This document shows positions 26,020-33,383 of a DNA stretch of 41,185 nt, one piece after another. The notes under the pieces were generated by a model, which was not told the origin of the DNA, did no database searches, and was given only the letters and a program-made list of their open reading frames with translations. This DNA is from a virus, in IMG/VR virus record IMGVR_UViG_3300027737_000005, positions 1 through 41,185 of that record; one strand, given 5' to 3'. Numbering within the stretch: the stretch's first letter is position 1; each line of letters starts with the position of its first letter. Position numbers and translations under genes: made by a program.

Positions 26020-26413
26020 TTTGAAGGGATCGGAGTTGTTCTAGAACGGCCACTGCTGCTTTCAGCGTTTCGGGTGTTACTTGGGGAGCATCATTGTGAT
26101 CTCTTTGGCCGCATCTTTGTTTACCAAGCCAAATTAACATTGATGCATTTTTTTCTTTTACGCCTAACCAATATTGCGCTTGATGAATTGTTGATTCACC
26201 ATTTTGTTTCTTTTGTTGATTAAAAGCCGTATAAGTCACGGAATTTTCTTGTTCGCATCTTCTATATAAAGTATCGGGTGAAATTCCGAGCTTATCCGCG
26301 ATGTGCGTAGTAAGGCATCCTTGTTCGATCCATTCTCCGACTTGTTTCCAATCGATGCTCGTCTTCGGTCGGCAGTTCTTTCTTTTAGGCTTGATTTCCA
26401 TTTCTGTCTCCAT
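25982..26413 (-). CDS. terS: terminase small subunit (143 aa) with an N-terminal HTH
   Basis: RPKTSIDWKQVGEWIEQGCLTTHIADKLGISPDTLYRRCEQ followed by ...IWLGKQRCGQRD is typical of HTH-type TerS. Located upstream of terL. Confidence 0.6.
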   Translation of the reverse strand: METEMEIKPKRKNCRPKTSIDWKQVGEWIEQGCLTTHIADKLGISPDTLYRRCEQENSVTYTAFNQQKKQNGESTIHQAQYWLGVKEKNASMLIWLGKQRCGQRDHNDAPQVTPETLKAAVAVLEQLRSLQNAPKSDTENNQG

Positions 26414-26459
26414 ATTATTTTATACATACTGAAAGAATGGATTAAAAGCAAGAGGGGAT

Positions 26460-26510
26460 AAAAAAAAGCCTGCATTTGGAGCGACCTCGATGCAGGCGTC
26501 GAGCTTTTTT
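26460..26510. terminator. bidirectional rho-independent terminator upstream of terS
   Basis: Minus strand: GCCTGCAT-N14-ATGCAGGC followed by T8. Plus strand: CTCGA-N8-TCGAG followed by C T6. Confidence 0.65.
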
Positions 26511-26693
26511 CGTTTCGGCTGGAGCTAGCATCCACCGTCCACATAGTATCGCGATCATGGGAACGCGCCGGGTTTGTCTAGAATTCCGGGACCCCATCTT
26601 CAGGGCCTGAGCCGCACTTTTGTACCGATGCGGCGGTGCTGGTCTTTCGGCACATTTCCTTTTTATGGGATGAGAGCCGTCCTGCCAGTAGGA

Positions 26694-26879
26694 TTAGATT
26701 TTGGGATCTGGTGTTTCCATAAGAAGTTTGTGGTGGTGTTGGAAAGTATCGCTAAGTTTTTGAATGCGTTTTGGATCTAGTGAGAATGTGTTATTGGATT
26801 TTTTGCATGGTTTATGAGGTGCTTCGAGTGTAGATTCGGCGATTGGAGCTAGAGGTGTTCGTGGGATTGGAGTGGTCAT
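26694..26879 (-). CDS. hypothetical protein (61 aa)
   Basis: ATG overlaps the stop of the 14-codon relic ORF (TAATG); MTTPIPRTPLAPIAE... Confidence 0.35.
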   Translation of the reverse strand: MTTPIPRTPLAPIAESTLEAPHKPCKKSNNTFSLDPKRIQKLSDTFQHHHKLLMETPDPKI

Positions 26880-26923
26880 TATTCTGCCTCGATTGTGCAT
26901 AATCTGCCGTGAAAATCTTGCAT
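26879..26923 (-). pseudogene. 14-codon relic of the small TM/'KDFHGRL' family (MQDFHGRLCTIEAE*)
   Basis: AAGGAG RBS 9 nt upstream. The sequence matches the family C-terminus KDFHGRLCAIEEG of 32938..33123. Confidence 0.4.
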
Positions 26924-26936
26924 GTTTGTTTTCTCC

Positions 26937-26975
26937 TTGTGTTTATAATATAGTGAATCTATATTTTCAGAGCAA
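26937..26975. promoter_or_regulatory. two fully overlapping divergent sigma70-like promoters with a central inverted repeat
   Basis: Plus strand: TTGTGT(26937)-N17-TATATT(26960). Minus strand: TTGCTC(26975)-N17-TATATT(26952). Inverted repeat AATATAG-N5-CTATATT at 26947..26965. Confidence 0.35.
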
Positions 26976-26999
26976 ACGAAAAGCTGATGAAGGTGAAAA

Positions 27000-27218
27000 A
27001 TGAGCGTGCTTGTACAGCTAGATTTTTTTAAGACAAAAGAGCAGTGTGAGATTGACACATTGAGGATAGAGTTACAAGCTGTGAAGGTATCGTCGGATAA
27101 AGTACGCAAGAAATTATTTGCGGAGAATGGAAAGCTTGTGAAAGCTACTGTAGAGCTTAGAGATAGGCTGGACATTCTGGAGAGAAATATTTGTCAAGGG
27201 AAAAACGAATCTACATGA
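27000..27218 (+). CDS. coiled-coil hypothetical protein (72 aa)
   Basis: AAGGTG RBS then ATG; heptad-like sequence. Confidence 0.4.
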   Translation: MSVLVQLDFFKTKEQCEIDTLRIELQAVKVSSDKVRKKLFAENGKLVKATVELRDRLDILERNICQGKNEST

Positions 27219-27562
27219 TGAATTTCAATCGTCAGATAATGTTCTTTGGCTATTGTTTTTTCGTAAGCGTAGTGCCATTGGATGCGATTATCGTTGTCGG
27301 CTTGGCCTGGGATATTACAGGATAGCAATACTTCACTGCAGGCGTCCCGAATCCATTTAAAACAGATTTGATTGTTGTCAGAGTCAAAAGGGCGTGGGGC
27401 GAAGCGCGTAAGTTTAACGATGTAGGGAGGCTTGCCGAGATCGTATTGGTTTAGGAAAGCTCGGACTAAAAGCTTTTGTGTTTTGTGGCGTTTGCTTTTT
27501 TTGGACCAATGTTCGCAGATGTTGGATTCGGAAACTAAGCGGATGGGGATTTTGATGAGCAT
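27194..27562 (-). CDS. RusA-like Holliday junction resolvase (122 aa)
   Basis: IPIRLVSESN...PYIVKLTRFAPRPFDSDNNQICFKWIRDAC...DNDNRIQW fits the RusA layout with a DxDN acidic cluster. Confidence 0.5.
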   Translation of the reverse strand: MLIKIPIRLVSESNICEHWSKKSKRHKTQKLLVRAFLNQYDLGKPPYIVKLTRFAPRPFDSDNNQICFKWIRDACSEVLLSCNIPGQADNDNRIQWHYAYEKTIAKEHYLTIEIHHVDSFFP

Positions 27563-27829
27563 TTCTTTTTTTTTGACTCATTTTAAGGCACTTTTTTTGA
27601 GCTAGTTTAAAAGAGCCGGCGTGGACCTTGTTGAGCGTGTTTTAATCGCTTGTAGGGGTTGCGGCCGGCCTAGATTTTGAATTTGGTGTGAAGGGATAAA
27701 AAATCTAGAATCCGAAAAACGCTTCATTTGCTCTCAGAGCTGAATTTTTAGTAAAGGTGGCCTTGGACCTGGCTTGTCTATTTTGCTTCGTCCTAGAGGC
27801 TGGAAGGTGCCAAATTTTCGATTCTGAGA

Positions 27830-28054
27830 TCATGGTTGAGTCCGGTTAATGAACATGCTGTCGCGTTCCCATTTTGCGCCTCTTGGTGCTGGTTTGCCTT
27901 TTCTATACCTGCGTTGCATGGAGTTTTGGCAAAGTCTGCAATTGGCCATGTAGCCTCGGGCACCTTTGTTGCGGTTTAGGTTGAATTCTAGCAGAGACTT
28001 GGTTTGCCAGCAACAACGACATGTTTTGGTTTGGATTTCGAGATCGTCGGTCAT
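27830..28054 (-). CDS. Cys-rich zinc-finger protein (74 aa)
   Basis: KTCRCCWQTKSLLEFNLNRNKGARGYMANCRLCQ (CxCC...CxxC). Confidence 0.5.
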   Translation of the reverse strand: MTDDLEIQTKTCRCCWQTKSLLEFNLNRNKGARGYMANCRLCQNSMQRRYRKGKPAPRGAKWERDSMFINRTQP

Positions 28055-28983
28055 TATCCTCTCTGTTTTTCGGCTTGTTTTTCATCTTGTTCTTTAGCAA
28101 ATTTTCTTTTAGCCCAGATTTTCCACCATCCTTGTGTGATTCCGTCTTGTAGATAGGCTTCTGTGAGTATTTCGCCTTGTGCGAATTTCTTTTTTTGCAT
28201 TGCATCGAACCAATCAAGGATCAAAAGCATGTCTTTGTGAGAATGTCGAGAAGACCATTGTTGGATGGATTGATTTTTGAGAGATGATCCATCCATGAGT
28301 TTGAACGTGGCGATACGGGCAAAGACGAGTTCGAGAAGCGATTCTTCGGACGTGTTCTCCGACGATAAAGACGAGGACGTAGACGGCTTGTTTGCCTTTT
28401 GTGAGAAAGGCGATTTCGAAGGCTGTGGCGAATGTTGATAACTCGCTTGCGAGTTATCAACATTTCCACAGCCCCTAAACGAACGTACGTCTTTTTTAAA
28501 GACGATCTCTTCGTCTTCATCCGTTGTTTGTTTTTTCCCAGGAAGATTGTCTCTCTTTTGTCTCTCTTTTGTCTCTCCTCTGGTCTCACTTTCTGTCTCA
28601 CTTTCTGTCTCTCCACTTTCGTAAAATCCATTCAACAATATATTGTAGACCTGTTTTTCTCGTCTCTCTTTTTGTCTCTCTTTTTGTCTCTCCAAAATGC
28701 GCCGGCTTTGCGCCGGCACATCGCCACGTACTTTTTTATGGCTGTTCAGTCCAATGAAATGATCGATAGCATGCTCGGCTGTTGATTTAGATGTTTTTGC
28801 CTCTTTAGCTATCTCTCGAACTGATTTTTGGCATTGACCTTTCTTCAAATTTGCTTTGTTCTGATCTTCGAAGGCTGTATGCCGTAAAATAGTTATCAAA
28901 ACCATTTTATAGTCATTGGAAGCTTTTTCCCACAAAACGTGTTCGAAAAGTTCTTCCGGTATTTGGGTGAATTTTTTAGCCAT
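28054..28983 (-). CDS. replication initiator-like protein with an N-terminal winged HTH (309 aa from ATG 28983)
   Basis: AAGGAG RBS then ATG. MAKKFTQIPEELFEHVLW...SVREIAKEAKTSKSTAEHAIDHFIGL, with central RQKERQKER and ETESETESETRGETKERQKRD repeats encoded by DNA iterons. Confidence 0.5.
   Translation of the reverse strand: MAKKFTQIPEELFEHVLWEKASNDYKMVLITILRHTAFEDQNKANLKKGQCQKSVREIAKEAKTSKSTAEHAIDHFIGLNSHKKVRGDVPAQSRRILERQKERQKERREKQVYNILLNGFYESGETESETESETRGETKERQKRDNLPGKKQTTDEDEEIVFKKDVRSFRGCGNVDNSQASYQHSPQPSKSPFSQKANKPSTSSSLSSENTSEESLLELVFARIATFKLMDGSSLKNQSIQQWSSRHSHKDMLLILDWFDAMQKKKFAQGEILTEAYLQDGITQGWWKIWAKRKFAKEQDEKQAEKQRG
28549..28692. repeat. iteron-like direct repeats flanking an AT-rich segment, inside the initiator gene (candidate ori)
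   Basis: TCTCTCTTTTG x2, TCTCTCCTCTGG, TCTCACTTTCTG x2, then AT-rich 28622-28658, then TCTCTCTTTTTG x2. Confidence 0.5.
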
Positions 28984-29061
28984 TGAGATCTCCTTGCGTG
29001 AATTGTGGAGATCTGCTATAACTAGAAGCAATTGTCGTAGCTTCTGCATAGCAGATCGAAT

Positions 29062-29092
29062 GGCCCGTTTCCAGCGGGCCATTTGTTTTTAT
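29062..29092 (+). terminator. plus-strand intrinsic terminator antisense to the initiator-gene leader
   Basis: GGCCCG-tttccag-CGGGCC followed by ATTTGTTTTTA. Confidence 0.45.
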
Positions 29093-29216
29093 AGCCTGTT
29101 TGATTGATTTTCCGCGAGATAATCCTAAGATCATAGTCAAATTCCTTTTTTAGTTGTTGTTAAAACAAGGAATTCTTTAGAATGAGAAGTACTGAAGTTC
29201 TCTTCTTGTGAATCCC

Positions 29217-29246
29217 CGAAAAGCCTCGCCGACCAGCGGGGCTTTT
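29217..29246. terminator. bidirectional intrinsic terminator
   Basis: GAAAAGCCTCGCC-gaccag-CGGGGCTTTTC, a GC-rich stem flanked by A4 and T4. Confidence 0.5.
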
Positions 29247-29316
29247 CACTTTCAATTCTTATCATACAAAGCCTCTTTTTTCTGGCGAATTAAATCCCTC
29301 TGGGCTAAGGTGTGAG

Positions 29317-29436
29317 ATGAGTTGCATTTTTTGCATAGCGGAGCCGGAGGCAGTGATGCTTTCGGCTTTTTGTTTTGGGAAAAAGAAGATTGTGGTACAA
29401 TGGGCATACACTCACGGTCTGGTGGTTGTCCCCTAG
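29317..29436 (+). CDS. small plus-strand ORF (39 aa) ending in a strong terminator
   Basis: AAGGTG RBS then ATG. MSCIFCIAEPEAVMLSAFCFGKKKIVVQWAYTHGLVVVP, with the stop inside the terminator stem. Confidence 0.3.
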   Translation: MSCIFCIAEPEAVMLSAFCFGKKKIVVQWAYTHGLVVVP

Positions 29437-29458
29437 GAATGTCCTAGGGGTTTTTTAT
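29430..29458 (+). terminator. strong plus-strand rho-independent terminator
   Basis: CCCCTAGG-aatgt-CCTAGGGG followed by TTTTTTATTT. Confidence 0.7.
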
Positions 29459-29523
29459 TTAGGCGGTCTGGCATGGTGAAACGACGCTTTAGAATCTCTT
29501 CTGCAACTTCTTCTGAATCCATC

Positions 29524-29946
29524 CTAGCTCGTTATGGTATGGCGTCCAGAGGGCAGATTAATTGATACGGAGATGAGGGTCTGAGTACGCCAGAGCTTTT
29601 TCCTTTCCTCATCAAATATCATTTTAAGGAGCTTTGCTTTATCAGATTTCATGAGAGCAAGTTCATATTCGAGCTTATTAATTTGAGCCATCTTCTCGCG
29701 GAAGAGTTCTCCGAAGACATCTCGAATGGCGCGATTACCTTTAGAGAGATCCTCTACTTTGGTTTTGAGTTCTTCTATATACTGAGTGAGCTTACCGCGA
29801 TTATCGTCATAAGCATCGGCTGATGCCTTGAATGACTGAGTGATGGCTTCTAACTGCTTTTCAGGCCCTTCGTGATAGCCATTCATGAATTCTCTGGATA
29901 GTTCCTCAATAGATATTTGAGGACGTACTGCAGTGCAAGCGGTCAT
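29524..29946 (-). CDS. coiled-coil early protein (140 aa)
   Basis: ORF with heptad-like K/E-rich sequence. Confidence 0.5.
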   Translation of the reverse strand: MTACTAVRPQISIEELSREFMNGYHEGPEKQLEAITQSFKASADAYDDNRGKLTQYIEELKTKVEDLSKGNRAIRDVFGELFREKMAQINKLEYELALMKSDKAKLLKMIFDEERKKLWRTQTLISVSINLPSGRHTITS

Positions 29947-30038
29947 ACTGAACCTCCTAGGTAGGTAAATTCAACATAGGCTTGCAAAAAATTACTGTAA
30001 AGATTAAGTTGAGGTTGCATTCTCCTTTTGATGGTTGG

Positions 30039-30066
30039 GCCCTCCTTAACGGGAGGGCTTTTTTTT
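30039..30066 (+). terminator. plus-strand rho-independent terminator overlapping the stop of the 92-aa minus-strand gene
   Basis: GCCCTCC-ttaacg-GGAGGGC followed by T8. Confidence 0.65.
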
Positions 30067-30324
30067 GGCGAAGTGTCTGTGAACGCAATAATGGTCAAGG
30101 TTTTTATCGTAACCTTTTAAGCACACTCCTAAATATGTGGAATTTGTTTCCAACGTGACGATATAACCCCATTGTTCTAAATCCACAAAAAATGATTCAT
30201 ATTTTAATGGTGTAAGAAAATAAGGAGAGTGTGAATGTTCGCAGAGATATTTCCATGCATCTGCTTCCAGGGGTGATTTTTTATCTAGAATAGCTAAGCA
30301 TTCTTCGCAGCAGGATGATTTCAT
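30046..30324 (-). CDS. Cys/His-rich hypothetical early protein (92 aa)
   Basis: ORF MKSSCCEECLAILDKK... Confidence 0.5.
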   Translation of the reverse strand: MKSSCCEECLAILDKKSPLEADAWKYLCEHSHSPYFLTPLKYESFFVDLEQWGYIVTLETNSTYLGVCLKGYDKNLDHYCVHRHFAKKKPSR

Positions 30325-30439
30325 AGTGGCCGAAGATCCTTTAAATAAAATAGTTTGTCAATTAAATTATCCATTATGTTACCTTTGGTGATGTATGTAG
30401 GAGTTAAACATGCGAAAAGTGATTGAAGAAATTGTGTCC

Positions 30440-30757
30440 TCAGCTACTTTTAAGATGGTTTTCAAGATTCTGGCTATCGTTGTTGGTATTTGTACTTTTT
30501 TGTTGATTGGGGCTGCTCTTTTTGTTGTTTTTCTTGGTTCTGGATAAAGTCCAGTCGGTACACTTAACGTCTCCATTAGTTGCTTCTTGGACATGCAGGG
30601 CATTTTGAAGAGATGGAAGTGTGTATCCATGAAGCCATTTTGCCATGATTGAGTAATCGATGTCTAGTTGTCTGGAAAATTTAGCGACCGAAATTTTATT
30701 GGTTTTCAGCCATAGGTGGAGCAACATTCTTGCTTTGCTGTGATATTTCTCTTGCAT
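30440..30757 (-). CDS. XRE/CI-Cro-like helix-turn-helix regulator (105 aa)
   Basis: LKTNKISVAKFSRQLDIDYSIMAKWLHGYTLPSLQNALHVQEATNGDV is an HTH pattern. The gene is divergent from the plus-strand early operon. Confidence 0.6.
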   Translation of the reverse strand: MQEKYHSKARMLLHLWLKTNKISVAKFSRQLDIDYSIMAKWLHGYTLPSLQNALHVQEATNGDVKCTDWTLSRTKKNNKKSSPNQQKSTNTNNDSQNLENHLKSS

Positions 30758-30787
30758 AAATTTTAGCCTTTTTGTTAGGATAAAGGT

Positions 30788-30811
30788 ATCTTAGCAAAAA
30801 TACACTAAGAT
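30788..30811. promoter_or_regulatory. candidate operator in the divergent early control region
   Basis: Perfect inverted repeat ATCTTAG-N10-CTAAGAT between the HTH gene (start 30757) and the first plus-strand gene (30835). Confidence 0.4.
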
Positions 30812-30834
30812 GTCAACCACAAGGAGAAAAAGCA

Positions 30835-31074
30835 ATGTACGATGAAGATGATAATTTTAGCTGGGGATGGAGCGATGAGAGAAGAGAGATTATCGAGGCC
30901 CATAAATATCAGTTTAGGGAGTTTCTGAGAGCGAAGAGAATGTATGATGCATATGTTGATGAAGAGAATGAAATGCATGAGGATGAGAAAATCGAATTAC
31001 AAGATGAATATATTAAGGAATGGCGATATAGCCTTGAGTCCGACGAATCGCTTTATGGAGGAAGTTTAAGATGA
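30835..31074 (+). CDS. acidic hypothetical early protein (79 aa)
   Basis: AAGGAG RBS then ATG; D/E-rich. Confidence 0.5.
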   Translation: MYDEDDNFSWGWSDERREIIEAHKYQFREFLRAKRMYDAYVDEENEMHEDEKIELQDEYIKEWRYSLESDESLYGGSLR

Positions 31075-31661
31075 AAGAAGAAATCAAAGAGGGATACATA
31101 AGAATATCAAGCATTTCAAGCGCTTTTGCTAATTACGGGAAAGTACCACAACATGTATTAGATCGAGCGGCTGCACGTGGCGAATGCGTGCACCGTTTGA
31201 TCTTCGATCATATCAATGATATTATGATCCCTTCCGACCGTTATGAGTTCATGGGAGATAAACTTGATGGATATTTCGAAAGTTTTCTCAAGTTTTGGAA
31301 ACGATATGAGGGAGCAAAAATCCTAATCCAAGAACAGCGCTTATATGATGATCGAGAAATGCTCACAGGAGAGCCCGATCTTCTCATTGAAACTGAAGAA
31401 GGCATCATTCTGATTGATTGGAAATGTACAAGTGCGGTAGGTAAGCATTGGATTATCCAAGCTGGTGGTTATGATAACTTGGTGATTGAGAATGGATATG
31501 GTGATATATTCAAGAGTTTATTCGTGAATTTAGACAAAAAAGGTGGGGAACCTATCATAACTGAATATGATGTGGCAAGCGCCTATGATATGTTCAATAA
31601 CGCTTTTGAATTATATAGGATTTTTTTCAGAGATCAGACATGTAACTTGGAGAATGAATAA
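31071..31661 (+). CDS. PD-(D/E)XK family exonuclease, recombination partner of the RecT-like protein (196 aa)
   Basis: GECVHRLI...GEPDLLIETEEGIILIDWKCTS carries the D...(D/E)xK nuclease motif; it lies two small ORFs upstream of the RecT-like gene. Confidence 0.6.
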   Translation: MKEEIKEGYIRISSISSAFANYGKVPQHVLDRAAARGECVHRLIFDHINDIMIPSDRYEFMGDKLDGYFESFLKFWKRYEGAKILIQEQRLYDDREMLTGEPDLLIETEEGIILIDWKCTSAVGKHWIIQAGGYDNLVIENGYGDIFKSLFVNLDKKGGEPIITEYDVASAYDMFNNAFELYRIFFRDQTCNLENE

Positions 31662-31840
31662 TGCACCCGGATGAAATATTTGATGAGGATTTACAAAGAG
31701 TTTTAGATGCATACCATGATCATATATTAGCGATGATGGAAAATACAGAAGTTGTTCCTAAAAAAACGATAGATGCTTTTGTAAAAGCTAGAGAAGAATT
31801 TAATGAAAAATATGCACCAAGTTCAAGAGAGAATGAATGA
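31661..31840 (+). CDS. hypothetical protein (59 aa)
   Basis: ATG overlaps the upstream stop (TAATG) and its stop overlaps the next ATG (ATGA). Below the ORF-track cutoff. Confidence 0.45.
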   Translation: MHPDEIFDEDLQRVLDAYHDHILAMMENTEVVPKKTIDAFVKAREEFNEKYAPSSRENE

Positions 31841-32088
31841 TGGATATTCTATTTAAAATTTCTATGTTTTTATTCGGAAGTTCTGTATTATATTTCATGC
31901 ATCATTCAATGAAACATTTTGATATATTAGATAGATATATCACAAAAGATATAACATTAGAGAGATCAGTATTAACTCAACTGGAATGTTCAGAACGTGC
32001 ATTTTTGAGACATGATGCTCGTATTGTAGAGCTAGAAACTCGGATTAAGAAAATTGAAGAAAATATAAGGGATAAAACAAATGTCTAA
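31837..32088 (+). CDS. small membrane plus coiled-coil protein (83 aa)
   Basis: N-terminal hydrophobic segment ILFKISMFLFGSSVLYFM followed by a coiled coil. Confidence 0.5.
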   Translation: MMDILFKISMFLFGSSVLYFMHHSMKHFDILDRYITKDITLERSVLTQLECSERAFLRHDARIVELETRIKKIEENIRDKTNV

Positions 32089-32896
32089 AGAATTAATCGT
32101 TAAAGAAGAAAACTTTGATCTGTTAGCTGATATTGAACTAATGCAATCAGCGGCGAAGAAACTCATGCAGACAAAACACTATCAAGCAATGGGAGAAGCT
32201 GGAATTTTTGCGATCATTCAAAAAGCAAAAAGCCTGAAGATTAATCCGATTGATGCTCTAAATGGAGGGCTTTATTTTACGCAAGGCAAAGTTGGAATGA
32301 GTGCCGAGATGATGAATACGTTAATCCGAATTCATGGGCACAGTATTCAGAAGGACTCTAGAAGTAATGACCAGATCTGTATACTGATCGGCAAGCGTGC
32401 GGATAATGGAGATACATGGATAACATCATTCAGCATTGATGATGCTAAAAGAGCTGGTATATATAATGAGAAAACTCCCTGGGGAAAGTATCCACCGAAT
32501 ATGTGTTTCAACCGGGCCCTTTCCAATTTAGCTAGGCAGCTGTTTCCGGATGTGATTAAGGGCTGCTATGAAATCGATGAATTGAAGAGTTTTGCAGAAC
32601 CTGTCAATTATAAGCAGCATATGGTCGAAGTGGAATTGCCTGAGTTGCAGAAGGATGAAATAGAGGCATTTTATAAGAATTTCAATGGGGATGAGGCATC
32701 GACGAGAGAATACGTGAAGATGTGTATGGAGAAGAAAAAATGTTCAGAGTCTAATGTGATCATCAATCTGAAAAAAGATATTGAGGCTAGCCATACGACT
32801 TATGCGAGATGGAAGGCGAAACAAAAACCTGTAGAAATCGAACCTGTAGAATCGCCGAGCATGGAAAGCGTTTCAATATTTGAGGGGGTGAAATAA
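32081..32896 (+). CDS. RecT-family single-strand annealing protein (271 aa)
   Basis: GIFAIIQKAKSLKINPIDALNGGLYFTQGKVGMSAEMMNTLI...KTPWGKYPPNMCFNRALSNLARQLFPDV resembles RecT/Bet-type annealases. Confidence 0.65.
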   Translation: MSKELIVKEENFDLLADIELMQSAAKKLMQTKHYQAMGEAGIFAIIQKAKSLKINPIDALNGGLYFTQGKVGMSAEMMNTLIRIHGHSIQKDSRSNDQICILIGKRADNGDTWITSFSIDDAKRAGIYNEKTPWGKYPPNMCFNRALSNLARQLFPDVIKGCYEIDELKSFAEPVNYKQHMVEVELPELQKDEIEAFYKNFNGDEASTREYVKMCMEKKKCSESNVIINLKKDIEASHTTYARWKAKQKPVEIEPVESPSMESVSIFEGVK

Positions 32897-32910
32897 TGGA
32901 AAGTGATATT

Positions 32911-32927
32911 GGAAAGCAATGGTTTTA
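32911..32927 (+). repeat. short copy (copy 6) of the array terminal motif GGAAAGCAATGGTTTTA
   Basis: Read directly. It lies 10 nt upstream of the ATG at 32938, preceded by only a few purine pentamers. Confidence 0.7.
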
Positions 32928-32937
32928 AGGAGGAAAT

Positions 32938-33123
32938 ATGGAATGGATGCAAATATTAGCGATTATAGCTGCAAATTTTAGTATGTTTCTTTGGTCTAGA
33001 TCCGAATCTAGGAATGATTACCGAGAAATTCGGGCTCTCATTGATGCTATTCATAAAGAAATCAAAGATTTCCACGGAAGACTTTGTGCTATTGAAGAAG
33101 GAAGAAAAAATAATGGAAAATGA
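32938..33123 (+). CDS. small TM plus coiled-coil protein, 'KDFHGRL' family member (61 aa)
   Basis: MEWMQILAIIAANFSMFLWSRSESRNDYREIRALIDAIHKEIKDFHGRLCAIEEGRK. Confidence 0.6.
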   Translation: MEWMQILAIIAANFSMFLWSRSESRNDYREIRALIDAIHKEIKDFHGRLCAIEEGRKNNGK

Positions 33124-33138
33124 ATAAGGAAAAAACCC

Positions 33139-33372
33139 ATGAATGAAAACGAGAAAGAAGAATATGTGGATAGATGCTTGAAACTAGAAAGTATTATTAG
33201 AATGGAATTGGCAAATGAAGAAATTCCAAGAGTAAGAGCGGCTGTTTTATCGACTTTGCTCACTGACGAAATAATGCATCAAGATAGATGGGAATATTGC
33301 TTAAAACAAGTAATATCTATAATCGAAAATAGATGTATTGAAGAATCTAAAAAGCCCGATATTAAAAAGTGA
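33139..33372 (+). CDS. hypothetical protein (77 aa)
   Basis: ORF in operon. Confidence 0.5.
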   Translation: MNENEKEEYVDRCLKLESIIRMELANEEIPRVRAAVLSTLLTDEIMHQDRWEYCLKQVISIIENRCIEESKKPDIKK

Positions 33373-33383
33373 GGAAAAGTCTG

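Noticed and set aside
26236-26780. ORFs 26236-26544 (-) and 26574-26780 (+)
   Set aside because: The first runs through the terS start and the terminator. The second lies in the GC-rich structured block. Neither has an RBS or protein-like composition.
27903-28631. Alternative-frame ORFs 27903-28217 and 28221-28631 (Lys/Arg-rich), and plus-strand ORFs 28432-28785 and 28524-28757
   Set aside because: They are low-complexity translations of the iteron region and of the opposite or shifted frames of the initiator and Zn-finger genes.
30379-30630. 83-aa ORF overlapping the HTH regulator gene in another frame
   Set aside because: The HTH frame carries the recognisable motif. A frameshifted C-terminus cannot be excluded, but there is no evidence for it.
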